From positions 10,111-74,110 of the forward strand of contig JBMNIZ010000003.1 in the NCBI GenBank assembly GCA_050951405.1: DNA of 64,000 bases. Direction: 5' to 3'. Every line of letters begins with the position of its first letter. The first letter of the stretch is position 1. This DNA comes from Bacillota bacterium. Its GTDB lineage: Bacteria > Bacillota > DULZ01. A program made the translations under genes and the position numbers. The notes beneath the pieces are model-generated. The model saw only the letters and a program-made list of their open reading frames with translations, did no database searches and was not told where the DNA came from. This document shows positions 10,857 to 19,506 of the stretch, piece after piece.

Positions 10857-11756
10857 ATGGCCGTTAATTTTGAACTATACAAGGTCTTTTATTACGTGGC
10901 CAAGCATTTAAGCTTTTCAGAAGCCTCCAGACAGCTTTTCATCTCCCAGTCTGCTGTGAGCCAGTCCATTAAGCAGTTGGAAACCCAGCTCCAGTGTACC
11001 CTTTTTTCCCGTCATAGGAAACAGGTACAATTAACCCGGGAAGGAGAACTGCTTTTCCCCCATATTGAGCAGGCTTTTCATCTGATCAAAACCGGGGAAA
11101 AAAAAATTGCGGAAATTCATGCTCTCATCAGGGGGGAAGTAGTGATCGGAGCCAGTGACACCATCTGCAAACACTATCTGCTTCCTTTTCTCAAGAAATT
11201 CCACCAAATTCATCCGCAGATTAAATTACGGATTATCAACCGCAGCTCTCCCGCCTGCCTGGATTTGTTGGAGAAAGGGCTGGTAGATTTAAGTATAATT
11301 AATATTCCCTGGAAAATCCCTTTTCAGAATATATCCATCCGGAAATTGAAAACTATACATGATGTCTTTATTGCCGGGGAGGCTTTCTTCCATTTAAAAG
11401 GCCGTAGGGTGCCCTTGAAGGAGCTGGGAAACTATCCCATCATGATGCTGGAAAAAAACACAGTGACCAGGGATTTTTTTGAGGATTTTCAAAAGAAAAA
11501 TGGGGCCAACATCATTCCGGAAATCGAACTGGGCAATCTCAACCTGCTGGTGGAATTAGCCAGAATCGGCCTGGGAATTGCCCTGGTAACAGAAGAATTT
11601 ATTCAAGGGGAACTGGCTGCTCAGGATATCTTTATCATTGAATTGGAGGAAAAGATGCCCGGCAGAAAGCTGGGAGTGGCGAGCCGGGATAAAGTGCCTC
11701 TTTCCCCGGCAGCTCGGCAGTTTCTTTCCCTGCTTACTGATTTTCCCGCCGGTTGA
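10857..11756 (+). CDS. LysR-family transcriptional regulator
   Basis: 299 aa with an N-terminal wHTH (FSEASRQLFISQSAVSQSIKQLE) and a LysR substrate-binding fold. Divergent from purL. Confidence 0.9.
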   Translation: MAVNFELYKVFYYVAKHLSFSEASRQLFISQSAVSQSIKQLETQLQCTLFSRHRKQVQLTREGELLFPHIEQAFHLIKTGEKKIAEIHALIRGEVVIGASDTICKHYLLPFLKKFHQIHPQIKLRIINRSSPACLDLLEKGLVDLSIINIPWKIPFQNISIRKLKTIHDVFIAGEAFFHLKGRRVPLKELGNYPIMMLEKNTVTRDFFEDFQKKNGANIIPEIELGNLNLLVELARIGLGIALVTEEFIQGELAAQDIFIIELEEKMPGRKLGVASRDKVPLSPAARQFLSLLTDFPAG

Positions 11757-11894
11757 TTTGAGGATCAATTTTTAAACCATGGCAGCCGGACAGGCAGGAA
11801 TTTTCCCTTGTCAATAACTTATGAAAATGTCACCCCAAAAGATAGTTAATTATCGTTAGAAAATGTCATCTTTAACCTGGCTATTGGGATGATA

Positions 11895-11968
11895 GCTGGC
11901 TGCCTGGCAACGTCAAGGGTCAAGATGAACTCGCTAAAGCTCGCCCTTGACGTTGCCAGGCAGCCAGC
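11895..11968. repeat. 25-bp perfect-stem palindrome inside IS-A, just downstream of the transposase stop
   Basis: GCTGGCTGCCTGGCAACGTCAAGGG (11895-11919) pairs perfectly with 11944-11968 across a 24-nt loop. Outer arms AACCTGGCTA (11874-11883) and TAGCCAGGTT (11980-11989) extend it. Confidence 0.85.
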
Positions 11969-12002
11969 AGAGTAATAGTTAGCCAGGTTAAAACAACGTG
12001 TT

Positions 12003-13349
12003 TTAAGCCATTTTTGAGAGAAATATTTCTTCGAGCATCGCGAGTATTTCTTGATCACTTTCGGTAAAGGCCTGTTTTTTCACAAGTCTATGACCGTACT
12101 TGTAGTAATGGCTGTCCGGTGGTGACCATTTCTTTCTCTCTTTTGCAGGAGCCTTGTCCTGTATCTTCTTTGACTTAACGAACGGCATTGTATCGTATAT
12201 AGCACCCTTATAGGCCACTTTAATACCGAAATGAGGGCTAGTAAGTACATCTATGCGGGCACTTTTGGGTAGTGGAGGAAGTTCCTTGGACTGAATAATC
12301 TTAAAATGTTTACTGTAAAAGGAAAATACTCCACCATTGTCAAATGTACGCTGCTTAACGATGCAAAGGATGTGGTCTATGCACAGGTTTGAAGGTACGG
12401 GTCTGAAAGCACATTCGGTATTTTCAGGCTCTACCGCAAACCGCTTATTAAACTTGTATATGTACTTTGCTAAAAAGGCATTAGCCTCATCCAAAGTGTT
12501 GATGTTGTTACGCTTAAACTCGACCGGCAGTCTACTTTGCAGCGTTTCCCACAGACGTTCCACACGGCCCTTTGCTTGAGGTGAACGTGCGGTAATAATG
12601 GTTACACCCATCTCTTCCATAGCACGGCCAAACTGGGTTGGTTTTGTTCTTTTACCTGCCAACTGTTCTTCAATAGACAGTTTATCCTTTAAAGGTGATT
12701 TGAAAATGGTATGGCTGTCGGAATAGATACTAACCGGGATGCCGAAATTTTCAAACATAAAGCGCATAACTTCAAAGTACCCCTGGAGGCATTCATTCTT
12801 AGCCAGGTATAAGGCTACCACTTTGCCTGTAGCATCATCAATACCACCATGCAGGCTAAACTTTTCGCTGGTACCAAACCATTCATAGGGCGTAGCATCC
12901 ATCTGGATTAAAAGCCCTTCCTGGGGTTTACGCTTTCTAGTGCGATGGGGCTTAAACCTCCTACGTTTTTTCGGGCTTTCAAAGCCCGACTTCTTTAGCA
13001 GCTTGTAAAGCGCTGAATAGCTGATATTAATTTGTTCATGCTCTGCCAGCATTTCCTGAAAGTGCAAGAAATTAGCGTTTTTGTAGGTATCTGACTTTTT
13101 AAGGTTAATAATTGTCTGGGCAGTTTGATCCGGGATGGCATGATAAGGTTTTTTGCCTTTGTTTTTATGGACTAGGAAAGACGCCCCCTGTTCTTGCACT
13201 CCTTTCTTGAGGCGGAGTATTTGTCTTTCGCAAAGTCCAAGGCTCTCAGATGCTTCTTTGACTGTGATATGCCCTTCGATGAGTTTGGTAATTACTAAAA
13301 ACCTATTAAGTTGTTTTTGGGACATAAGATAATACACCTCGTTATCCAT
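12003..13349 (-). CDS. DDE (rve/integrase-core) transposase with N-terminal HTH
   Basis: 448 aa with an HTH (ITVKEASESLGLCERQILRLKKG) and candidate D, D, E residues in IQMDAT, SIYSDSHT and PQAKGRVERLW. Confidence 0.85.
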   Translation of the reverse strand: MDNEVYYLMSQKQLNRFLVITKLIEGHITVKEASESLGLCERQILRLKKGVQEQGASFLVHKNKGKKPYHAIPDQTAQTIINLKKSDTYKNANFLHFQEMLAEHEQINISYSALYKLLKKSGFESPKKRRRFKPHRTRKRKPQEGLLIQMDATPYEWFGTSEKFSLHGGIDDATGKVVALYLAKNECLQGYFEVMRFMFENFGIPVSIYSDSHTIFKSPLKDKLSIEEQLAGKRTKPTQFGRAMEEMGVTIITARSPQAKGRVERLWETLQSRLPVEFKRNNINTLDEANAFLAKYIYKFNKRFAVEPENTECAFRPVPSNLCIDHILCIVKQRTFDNGGVFSFYSKHFKIIQSKELPPLPKSARIDVLTSPHFGIKVAYKGAIYDTMPFVKSKKIQDKAPAKERKKWSPPDSHYYKYGHRLVKKQAFTESDQEILAMLEEIFLSKMA

Positions 13350-13404
13350 AGTGACATTTTATCAAGATAATTAACAAGATGACATTATCATAAGATAACA
13401 ACAC

Positions 13405-14622
13405 CCAGGGTAAGTTGTAAAATTAATTGCCGCATTTAATAAAAAATAGAGACTCATGGCTAAACCTCTGATATGTTTAAGGTAACTAAGCTTAAAAACA
13501 TAAAGGAGGCAAAGCACATGAGTCAACTCAATTGTACCACGACTTCCCGCCGTTTTAAACACATCACTGTAAAAGAACGCTATCAGATTGAAATTCTTCT
13601 AAAGGAGAAGAAGTCACCCAGCGAGATAGCAAAGCTGTTAGGCAAGCATAAGCGAACCATCGAACGTGAGATTGCCCGTGGAACTGTCAGGATGCTGAGA
13701 AGCGACCTGGTTTATGTTGATAGATACTGTGCAGATACAGCAGAGCGAATATACCGGGAGAGAGCTGCTAATAAGGGAGCATGCTTAAAGATCGGTCATG
13801 ACCATGGACTAGCCGATTACATTGAAAAAAAGATTATCAAAGAGGGATATACCCCTGACGCAGTCATTGGCGAAATCCGGGCAAAAGGCTTAAAATTTAA
13901 GACTAGTATATGCACAAAAACGCTCTATAACTATATCGACAAAGAAGTATTTGCAAATATAACAAATAAAAACCTTCCAGTAAAACGAGTACCTAAAAAA
14001 AATCGCCATAAGAGGGTACGAGTTGCCCACAACAATCTAAAAGGCAGAAGCATTGAAGAAAGACCTGCGGCAGCTAATACTCGTGAAGAAGCCGGCCATT
14101 GGGAGATGGATTGTGTTGTAAGCGGCAAAGGGAAAGGCAAAGCCGCACTCTTAGTTCTAACAGAACGCAAGTTTAGAAAAGAGATTATCCGAAAGATGCC
14201 GGAAAAGACACAGAAATCAGTGAAGAAAACGCTGGATAGGCTTGAAAGAGAGTACGGAGCACGCTTTTCAGAAGTGTTCAAAACCATTACGGTAGATAAC
14301 GGAAGCGAGTTTCTTAATAGTGTAGAATTAGAGAGTTCAATCAGAAAGCCGGGCACTCATCGGACTAAAATCTATTATGCTCACCCATTCAGCGCATGGG
14401 AACGTGGGTCCAATGAAAATGCTAATAAGCTAATACGTCGGTTTATTCCAAAGGGCACAGATATCAGCAAGCTTAAACAGAAAGATATTAGGCGAATTGA
14501 GAACTGGATGAATAATTACCCAAGAAAAATTCATGGATATAAATCTGCCAATGAGATGGCAAAGATGGCAGTATAATCAGAGGATGCCAAAATATGGGTG
14601 GCAATTAAACTTGCAATTCCCC
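13405..14622 (+). mobile_element. IS30-family insertion sequence
   Basis: About 1.2 kb. Imperfect IRs share the TTAATTGCC core (13408-13433 against the reverse complement of 14596-14622). Flanked by the 8-bp direct repeat AACAACAC (13397-13404 and 14623-14630). Confidence 0.7.
13518..14576 (+). CDS. IS30-family transposase
   Basis: Begins MSQLNCTTTSRRFKHITVKERYQIEILLKEKKSPSEIAKLLGKHKRTIEREI (HTH_38-like), with a DDE core (HWEMD...TVDNGSEF...ENANKLIRR). ATG lies 8 nt after AAAGGAGG. Confidence 0.88.
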   Translation: MSQLNCTTTSRRFKHITVKERYQIEILLKEKKSPSEIAKLLGKHKRTIEREIARGTVRMLRSDLVYVDRYCADTAERIYRERAANKGACLKIGHDHGLADYIEKKIIKEGYTPDAVIGEIRAKGLKFKTSICTKTLYNYIDKEVFANITNKNLPVKRVPKKNRHKRVRVAHNNLKGRSIEERPAAANTREEAGHWEMDCVVSGKGKGKAALLVLTERKFRKEIIRKMPEKTQKSVKKTLDRLEREYGARFSEVFKTITVDNGSEFLNSVELESSIRKPGTHRTKIYYAHPFSAWERGSNENANKLIRRFIPKGTDISKLKQKDIRRIENWMNNYPRKIHGYKSANEMAKMAV

Positions 14623-14676
14623 AACAACACAGGCAGGAATTTTCCCTTTGCTATTTTCATTGGAAAGAAATATAAT
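14563..14676. repeat. 114-bp perfect direct repeat, copy 1
   Basis: Identical to 19193-19306. Contains the last 14 nt of the IS30 transposase ORF, the IS30 right IR and 54 nt of native intergenic DNA. Confidence 0.95.
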
Positions 14677-14776
14677 CCCGACTTTTACAGCAAACCACCA
14701 AAAAAAGAGCAGCAAACTCTTGCCACACAAGAGCTAGCGGCTTTTCGAATTTATCACAAAGATGTAGGGGAAAAGC

Positions 14777-15614
14777 TCATTTTTTGACCTGACCCAAAAT
14801 TTTTTTAATGTCCCCAAGACGAAGCCTCTTGTTGGTAAAATCAATCCCCAAGGCCTTCCCAATAGCATCGGAAACTTCAGTTCTGTAATCGAACAAATAA
14901 ACATTTTCATGCTCCTTTGAGCAAGAAATCCTATGAAGACACTCAATAATCTGTTCCGCAGAATAAACATTGCCCGTTTTTCTTTGCATAATCCTCATAA
15001 TCGTAAGCGCGATGAAGCAAATCAAAAAATGAGCATTAATATGATCCTGAAGAGATACATACACCGGGCGGGTCTCCAAAACCCCCTTAGTAATCCGGAA
15101 AGTCTCCTCAATCTTCCACAAACCCCGGTAAGTATCAATTATTTCAACATCAGACATATCCAATTCACTGGTGACAATCGCATAGTAGCCATCATACTTG
15201 GCCTCTTCCCTAACCCTCTCCCAGTCCACAACCGGACGCTCCTTAACCGCAAGAACCTCTCCTGTCTTCTCATCAAACTTAAGATTCTTCACATACCTGG
15301 CCGCCCCATAAGAAGTAGCCTTATTGTAGCTCTGAGGATTAGCCGCCAAATCAAAAGCCTTTTTTAAAAGCTCTTCCCGTTCAGCCTGAGCCTTTAAAGC
15401 ATATTTTCTTCCCCAGAAAGCCACCTGCTTTTCATACACCGTTTTCCTTGTCTTTTTTCCACTAGGCAACGTTACATTGATTTCCCTGGCAATGACCCTG
15501 CTTTTCATCTTGAAATCAGCATTTTCATCGGCAGGCTTGCCATTTTGATCTACGTAACCCTCATCAGAAAGGAGATACTCCTTAAACTCTTGAGTGCCGC
15601 CCCTGGACTCCGAA
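14777..15614 (-). pseudogene. IS1634-family transposase, C-terminal fragment
   Basis: ...GGTQEFKEYLLSDEGYVDQNGKP...YDGYYAIVTSE...YRGLWKIEETFRITKG...INAHFLICFIAL. The frame stays open up to the IS21 junction. Confidence 0.8.
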
Positions 15615-15753
15615 TGTCAACGAATATTTGATCCACCTGACCACGAATTTTTGATCCACCGTGATAACCAAAAAGTGATCCACTTGGTTACCGGTTAATC
15701 AATTTCATATTAGCTTCTTTTAAGCAATAAAAGTGATGAATTAATAAATTAAC

Positions 15754-16479
15754 TTAACCATGTTCCATCCGGTAGGACGGATTATTCATGTTTAGAATAT
15801 GGGATCGAAAGGTGAGCCGATCCACTAATGCTGCAACCAAGGTAGGATTTTCGAATAGCTCTGTCCACCGAGAAAACTCCAGATTAGTACTGATGATCAC
15901 ACTGCTTTTTTCCGCCCGGTCGGAGATGACCTTGAAAAGCAGTTCAGACTGATGGCGGTTAAAGCTCAGATAGGACAGTTCATCAATAATCAGTAGATCT
16001 GCTTTTTGAAGCTGGCGTTCCAGTTTTAGGAGTTCTCTTGTTTCTTTTGCCTCCACAAGGGTGGTTGCCAGAGTTGCGGCAGTGGTAAACTTAACCCTAA
16101 ATCCTGCTTGGCAGGCACGTAATCCCAAGGCAATGCTCAAGTGGGTCTTCCCACTGCCGGGGTTGCCAATCATTAATACATTTTGCCGGTTACGGATAAA
16201 ATCGCAGCTTGCTAATTGATGTATGTAGGCCTCTTCAACGTGCTTAAGCCTTTTAAAGTCGAATTCTTCCAGGCTTTTTTCATTGGGAAATCCAGCCTGT
16301 TTAATACGTCTTTTTTGTTGATTAAGGTTACGGGAAGCCAGTTCCTGCTTCATCACTGAAAGAAGGAAATCCTCATAGCTTAGCTGCTTCTGCTGGCGTA
16401 ATACTTCTTGATACTGTGTAAAGCTAGGGATTTTAAGCTGTTTGGCATAAAGTGCAATTAGTTCATTTTTAGGGTTCAT
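15754..16479 (-). CDS. istB: IS21-family ATP-binding helper protein
   Basis: 241 aa with Walker A (GNPGSGKTH) and Walker B (LLIIDE). The start overlaps the istA stop. Confidence 0.9.
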   Translation of the reverse strand: MNPKNELIALYAKQLKIPSFTQYQEVLRQQKQLSYEDFLLSVMKQELASRNLNQQKRRIKQAGFPNEKSLEEFDFKRLKHVEEAYIHQLASCDFIRNRQNVLMIGNPGSGKTHLSIALGLRACQAGFRVKFTTAATLATTLVEAKETRELLKLERQLQKADLLIIDELSYLSFNRHQSELLFKVISDRAEKSSVIISTNLEFSRWTELFENPTLVAALVDRLTFRSHILNMNNPSYRMEHG

Positions 16480-17942
16480 GGTGCCACCGCCAGATACTTA
16501 CGATCATAGCCGGACAGGTCAATGGTACTAACAGGGATATCTTTAGCGGTATCCAGTTTCACAGGAATATGTGGTTCCAACTCATTTTGTACCAAGCCAA
16601 TAGTGGGAGTGATGCCGGCCGGTAATGCATCTTTAATAGCAAGAATTCTTTCGAGGCCATATTCCACGCTGAATTTTAGTAATTTGACTGTGTCTTTGGC
16701 ACCACCGGGAAACATTTTGCCCCACTCTAAAAGTTCATTGGTTGCTGTTTGACGAACCGGTTTGGCATGAAACACAGAACGAGGTTTTTGTTCCAGTAGT
16801 GGTATGTAGTGAGCTAATTCAAATACTGTTTCCCCACGGCTGTAAAAACGTTGATGTTTGGCTATCTCGTCTCCCTGATGGTAACAGGCCAGGTGATTAC
16901 CGTAGGCCTTGATGCTAACCGTTTTGCCAACTAATGAAACAGGAACAGAGTACTGATTTCCTTCAAAGCGAATTAGCCCGTTATCGGCTACCCGAACAGT
17001 TGTGCTTTTGCCGGTATCAAATACGAATTTAGGTAGTGGAGTTAAGCTGTATTTCTCTGTCGCAAATTGCTCTCCTACGGTCTGGCCCCGGCCTTGGATT
17101 TGATGTTTTCGGTATTGTAGGCAGGCGGAGATTAGAGTTTCATTCAGTTCATCTATACTGTTTACCCGGGGAACCGGCACAAGCACATTGCGTCTAACCC
17201 AGCCGACCAGATTTTCCACTAAGCCTTTTTCGTTCCCGCTATTGATATTGGTAAAGTGCATTTCAAAGGCGTAATGGGCACTTAGGGCCTGGTAGGCAGC
17301 CTGAGGCTTGGCATATAGGCCAAAACCTTCTTTGACGGCTACCCGAGCATTATCAAAGATAATTTTCTTGGGAATACCATTGCCGTGGGTAAAAGCAGCT
17401 ACGTGCCCTTCAAGAAAAGATTCTTGATTCTGTCGAAAGAAAGCTTTAACGAATATGTCGGCGCTATAGCATAACCGATAGCAGAAGAGTTGGATCTTGG
17501 TTTTTTCGCCGTTGAGATAGATAGTGGCCTCGCCCCAATCAACTTGGGCTGCTTCGCCTGGGTCAAATTCCAGGGGCATAAAGGCTTCTTTAACGGGCTG
17601 TTTCATCTCCCGGACTACCCGTCTAATGGTGGATTCAGCTCCGGTAAAGCCTTTTTCATCTACTAAGCGTTTATAGATCCGTCTGGCAGTATGGCTTTGT
17701 TTTGGAATATTTTCGGCCTTATCTTCGGCAAAGCATTGGAGGATGAATTCACGAACTTCCTTTGTAACAATCGGTGATTCCCGATGGTAGGGCTGTCGTT
17801 CCCAGGGTACATGTTCACCCCCGCAATATTTTTTTACTGTGTTGCGGGAAATGCCAAGTTCTTTAGCAATTGCTCTTTGAGACATTTGTTGTTGAACATA
17901 CATGTATCTAATTTTGCCATAAAGATCCACGTCAATGATCAC
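16476..17942 (-). CDS. istA: IS21-family transposase
   Basis: 488 aa with an N-terminal HTH (MSQRAIAKELGISRNTVKKY) and an rve DDE core (QVDWGE...). Confidence 0.9.
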   Translation of the reverse strand: MIIDVDLYGKIRYMYVQQQMSQRAIAKELGISRNTVKKYCGGEHVPWERQPYHRESPIVTKEVREFILQCFAEDKAENIPKQSHTARRIYKRLVDEKGFTGAESTIRRVVREMKQPVKEAFMPLEFDPGEAAQVDWGEATIYLNGEKTKIQLFCYRLCYSADIFVKAFFRQNQESFLEGHVAAFTHGNGIPKKIIFDNARVAVKEGFGLYAKPQAAYQALSAHYAFEMHFTNINSGNEKGLVENLVGWVRRNVLVPVPRVNSIDELNETLISACLQYRKHQIQGRGQTVGEQFATEKYSLTPLPKFVFDTGKSTTVRVADNGLIRFEGNQYSVPVSLVGKTVSIKAYGNHLACYHQGDEIAKHQRFYSRGETVFELAHYIPLLEQKPRSVFHAKPVRQTATNELLEWGKMFPGGAKDTVKLLKFSVEYGLERILAIKDALPAGITPTIGLVQNELEPHIPVKLDTAKDIPVSTIDLSGYDRKYLAVAP

Positions 17943-18113
17943 GCCTTTCTTCCTCCTGCCAATTGATGTCTTATCATCGATTGTACAGGAATTTACTCAA
18001 AGTGGATCAAATATTCGTTATCACAGATGCCGGATCGATTGCGCAGGTGGATCACTTTTTCGTAATCATTGACTGGCTTTTTGGATCACTTTTATGTTAG
18101 CACACACACCTGA

Positions 18114-19028
18114 CCGAAAAACTGAACACATAACCGTTAAAATTCCTTCCCTTCTCCTTACCCTGAAGATAAAAAATATTATCCCCCGTAATAATCCCCA
18201 TATCAGCAACAACAATAATCCTGCCCGTATCATAATTTCTTCTTACTTCCCCGATAACCGGCCGAAAGGTCTCCTTATCAACCGTATTACCAGGAAACAA
18301 ATCATAATGAAGAGGTATCCCATCAGCATCCATAGCCAATCCCATCTGCACAATAGGATTCCGACGGTTTTCCTTTGACAACCCGAACTTACGGAACTCA
18401 TCCCCCTCATCAATCTCAAAATAGAAATTGGTCACATCATAATAGATGGTCTTAGTATTACGCCCATACTTCTCACTGATCTGAGCATTCAAATACCTTT
18501 GAAACTCCTTGGCAATCTTCGAAAAATGAGAGAGGGACCGGTAAACATCCGCCAAAGAAAAATGAAAACGCTCAAAATACCGCCCTTTTTCCTCAAAAGC
18601 CTTTTTCTTGGAGCCGGGAGAAAGGAGCCTGGAGATAACCAAAAGCATCATGATGGAATTCGTATTGAACTTAAAATTCTCATGCCTGGACTTATTCTTG
18701 AAAAACACATCCAAACCCAATTCATGATAAATCTTTAAAATTGCCGCATAGCCAAAATTCTTTTGTTATCAGTATTAGGAGCAAGTTTTTCCTCCATATT
18801 GATGGACAAAGTCAACTTCTTTTGGGCATTTTCCTCTTCAGTCATTTTCCGGGCAAGCTCTTTGAAGTGGGCGATAGGGTCATCGTATATTTTCTCCAGT
18901 TCGTCAAGGTAACCAAGGGATTTAACAGTACGGTCAGTGGAAATACCTGTCTCTGGATCCCTGTATTTCTGAGCGATAGAAAGATAAGTCCTCCCCGTGT
19001 CTTTTCGATAAGATTTTTTTAGGTACAC
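18114..19028 (-). pseudogene. IS1634-family transposase, N-terminal and middle fragments
   Basis: Begins MYLKKSYRKDTGRTYLSIAQKYRDPETGI...SLGYLDELEKIYDDPIAHF, then a -1 frame change near 18725-18735 (GAATTTT, probably an A-run undercall), then ...TIYYDVTNFYFE...IIVVADMG. Confidence 0.8.
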
Positions 19029-19192
19029 ATTAAGAACCTCCGTCTCTGAGTGTCGATATTTATTTAATTATACCACATTATGCCAAATAATGCCACGGAA
19101 AAATGACAAAAATTCATAAAAAATTCCCCCTTAAGGCCTTATGCCGCAAGGGGTTTAGAATTCGCATCTCTAAATCAGGTGTAAAAGAAACG

Positions 19193-19306
19193 AGATGGCA
19201 GTATAATCAGAGGATGCCAAAATATGGGTGGCAATTAAACTTGCAATTCCCCAACAACACAGGCAGGAATTTTCCCTTTGCTATTTTCATTGGAAAGAAA
19301 TATAAT
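19193..19306. repeat. 114-bp perfect direct repeat, copy 2
   Basis: Identical to 14563-14676: an IS30 tail with no IS30 body attached. Confidence 0.95.
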
Positions 19307-19422
19307 AGAATTAGTTCCGGAGAGAGGGTTAGACCTGACCTTGCGGAAAAAAACAGAATACCCTACACCTGATTGCAAGGATAATTCTGCGCAAAAGGGG
19401 AAAGTGGTAGGGGTTTCCCAAG

Positions 19423-19450
19423 CCTTTCGTCTTTTGGCGAAAGGTTTTTT
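19423..19450 (+). terminator. intrinsic-terminator-like hairpin in the hydE leader / native lysR 3' region
   Basis: CCTTTCG-tcttttgg-CGAAAGG followed by TTTTTTGTTT. Confidence 0.5.
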
Positions 19451-19506
19451 GTTTCATTAATGGTTGCGATTGTTTCCCTTTTTCTTCTCATTCAATTCAG
19501 GGCGGG

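Larger units (their letters stand above)
11810..13402 (-). mobile_element. IS element, ISNCY/IS1202-like (called IS-A here)
   Basis: 24-bp imperfect terminal IRs, GTCAATAACTTATGAAAATGTCAC (11810-11833) against the reverse complement of 13379-13402 (18/24 matches). A second subterminal AAAATGTCA copy sits at each end (11860-11869 and 13351-13360). One rve-type transposase gene. Flanked by a 20-bp direct repeat. Confidence 0.7.
15615..18113 (-). mobile_element. IS21-family insertion sequence (istA-istB)
   Basis: The left end TGTCAACGAATATTTGATCCAC matches the reverse complement of 18081-18102 (TGCTAACATAAAAGTGATCCAA). Each end carries three TGATCCAC-type repeats. A candidate 5-bp TSD, CCGAA, lies at 15610-15614 and 18114-18118. 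The right boundary is ambiguous between 18102 and 18113. Confidence 0.8.
14677..19192 (-). mobile_element. IS1634-family (IS4 superfamily) element, itself interrupted by an IS21 element
   Basis: Three transposase fragments on the minus strand are colinear with one IS1634-type protein. The ends share the short core CTTTTACA. The element is bracketed exactly by the 114-bp direct repeat. Confidence 0.65.

Noticed and set aside
15615-15690. Short tandem TGATCCAC repeats (also 18002-18095) as a possible CRISPR-like or regulatory repeat array
   Set aside because: They are the multiple terminal transposase-binding repeats typical of IS21-family ends, in inverted orientation at the two ends of the istAB unit.
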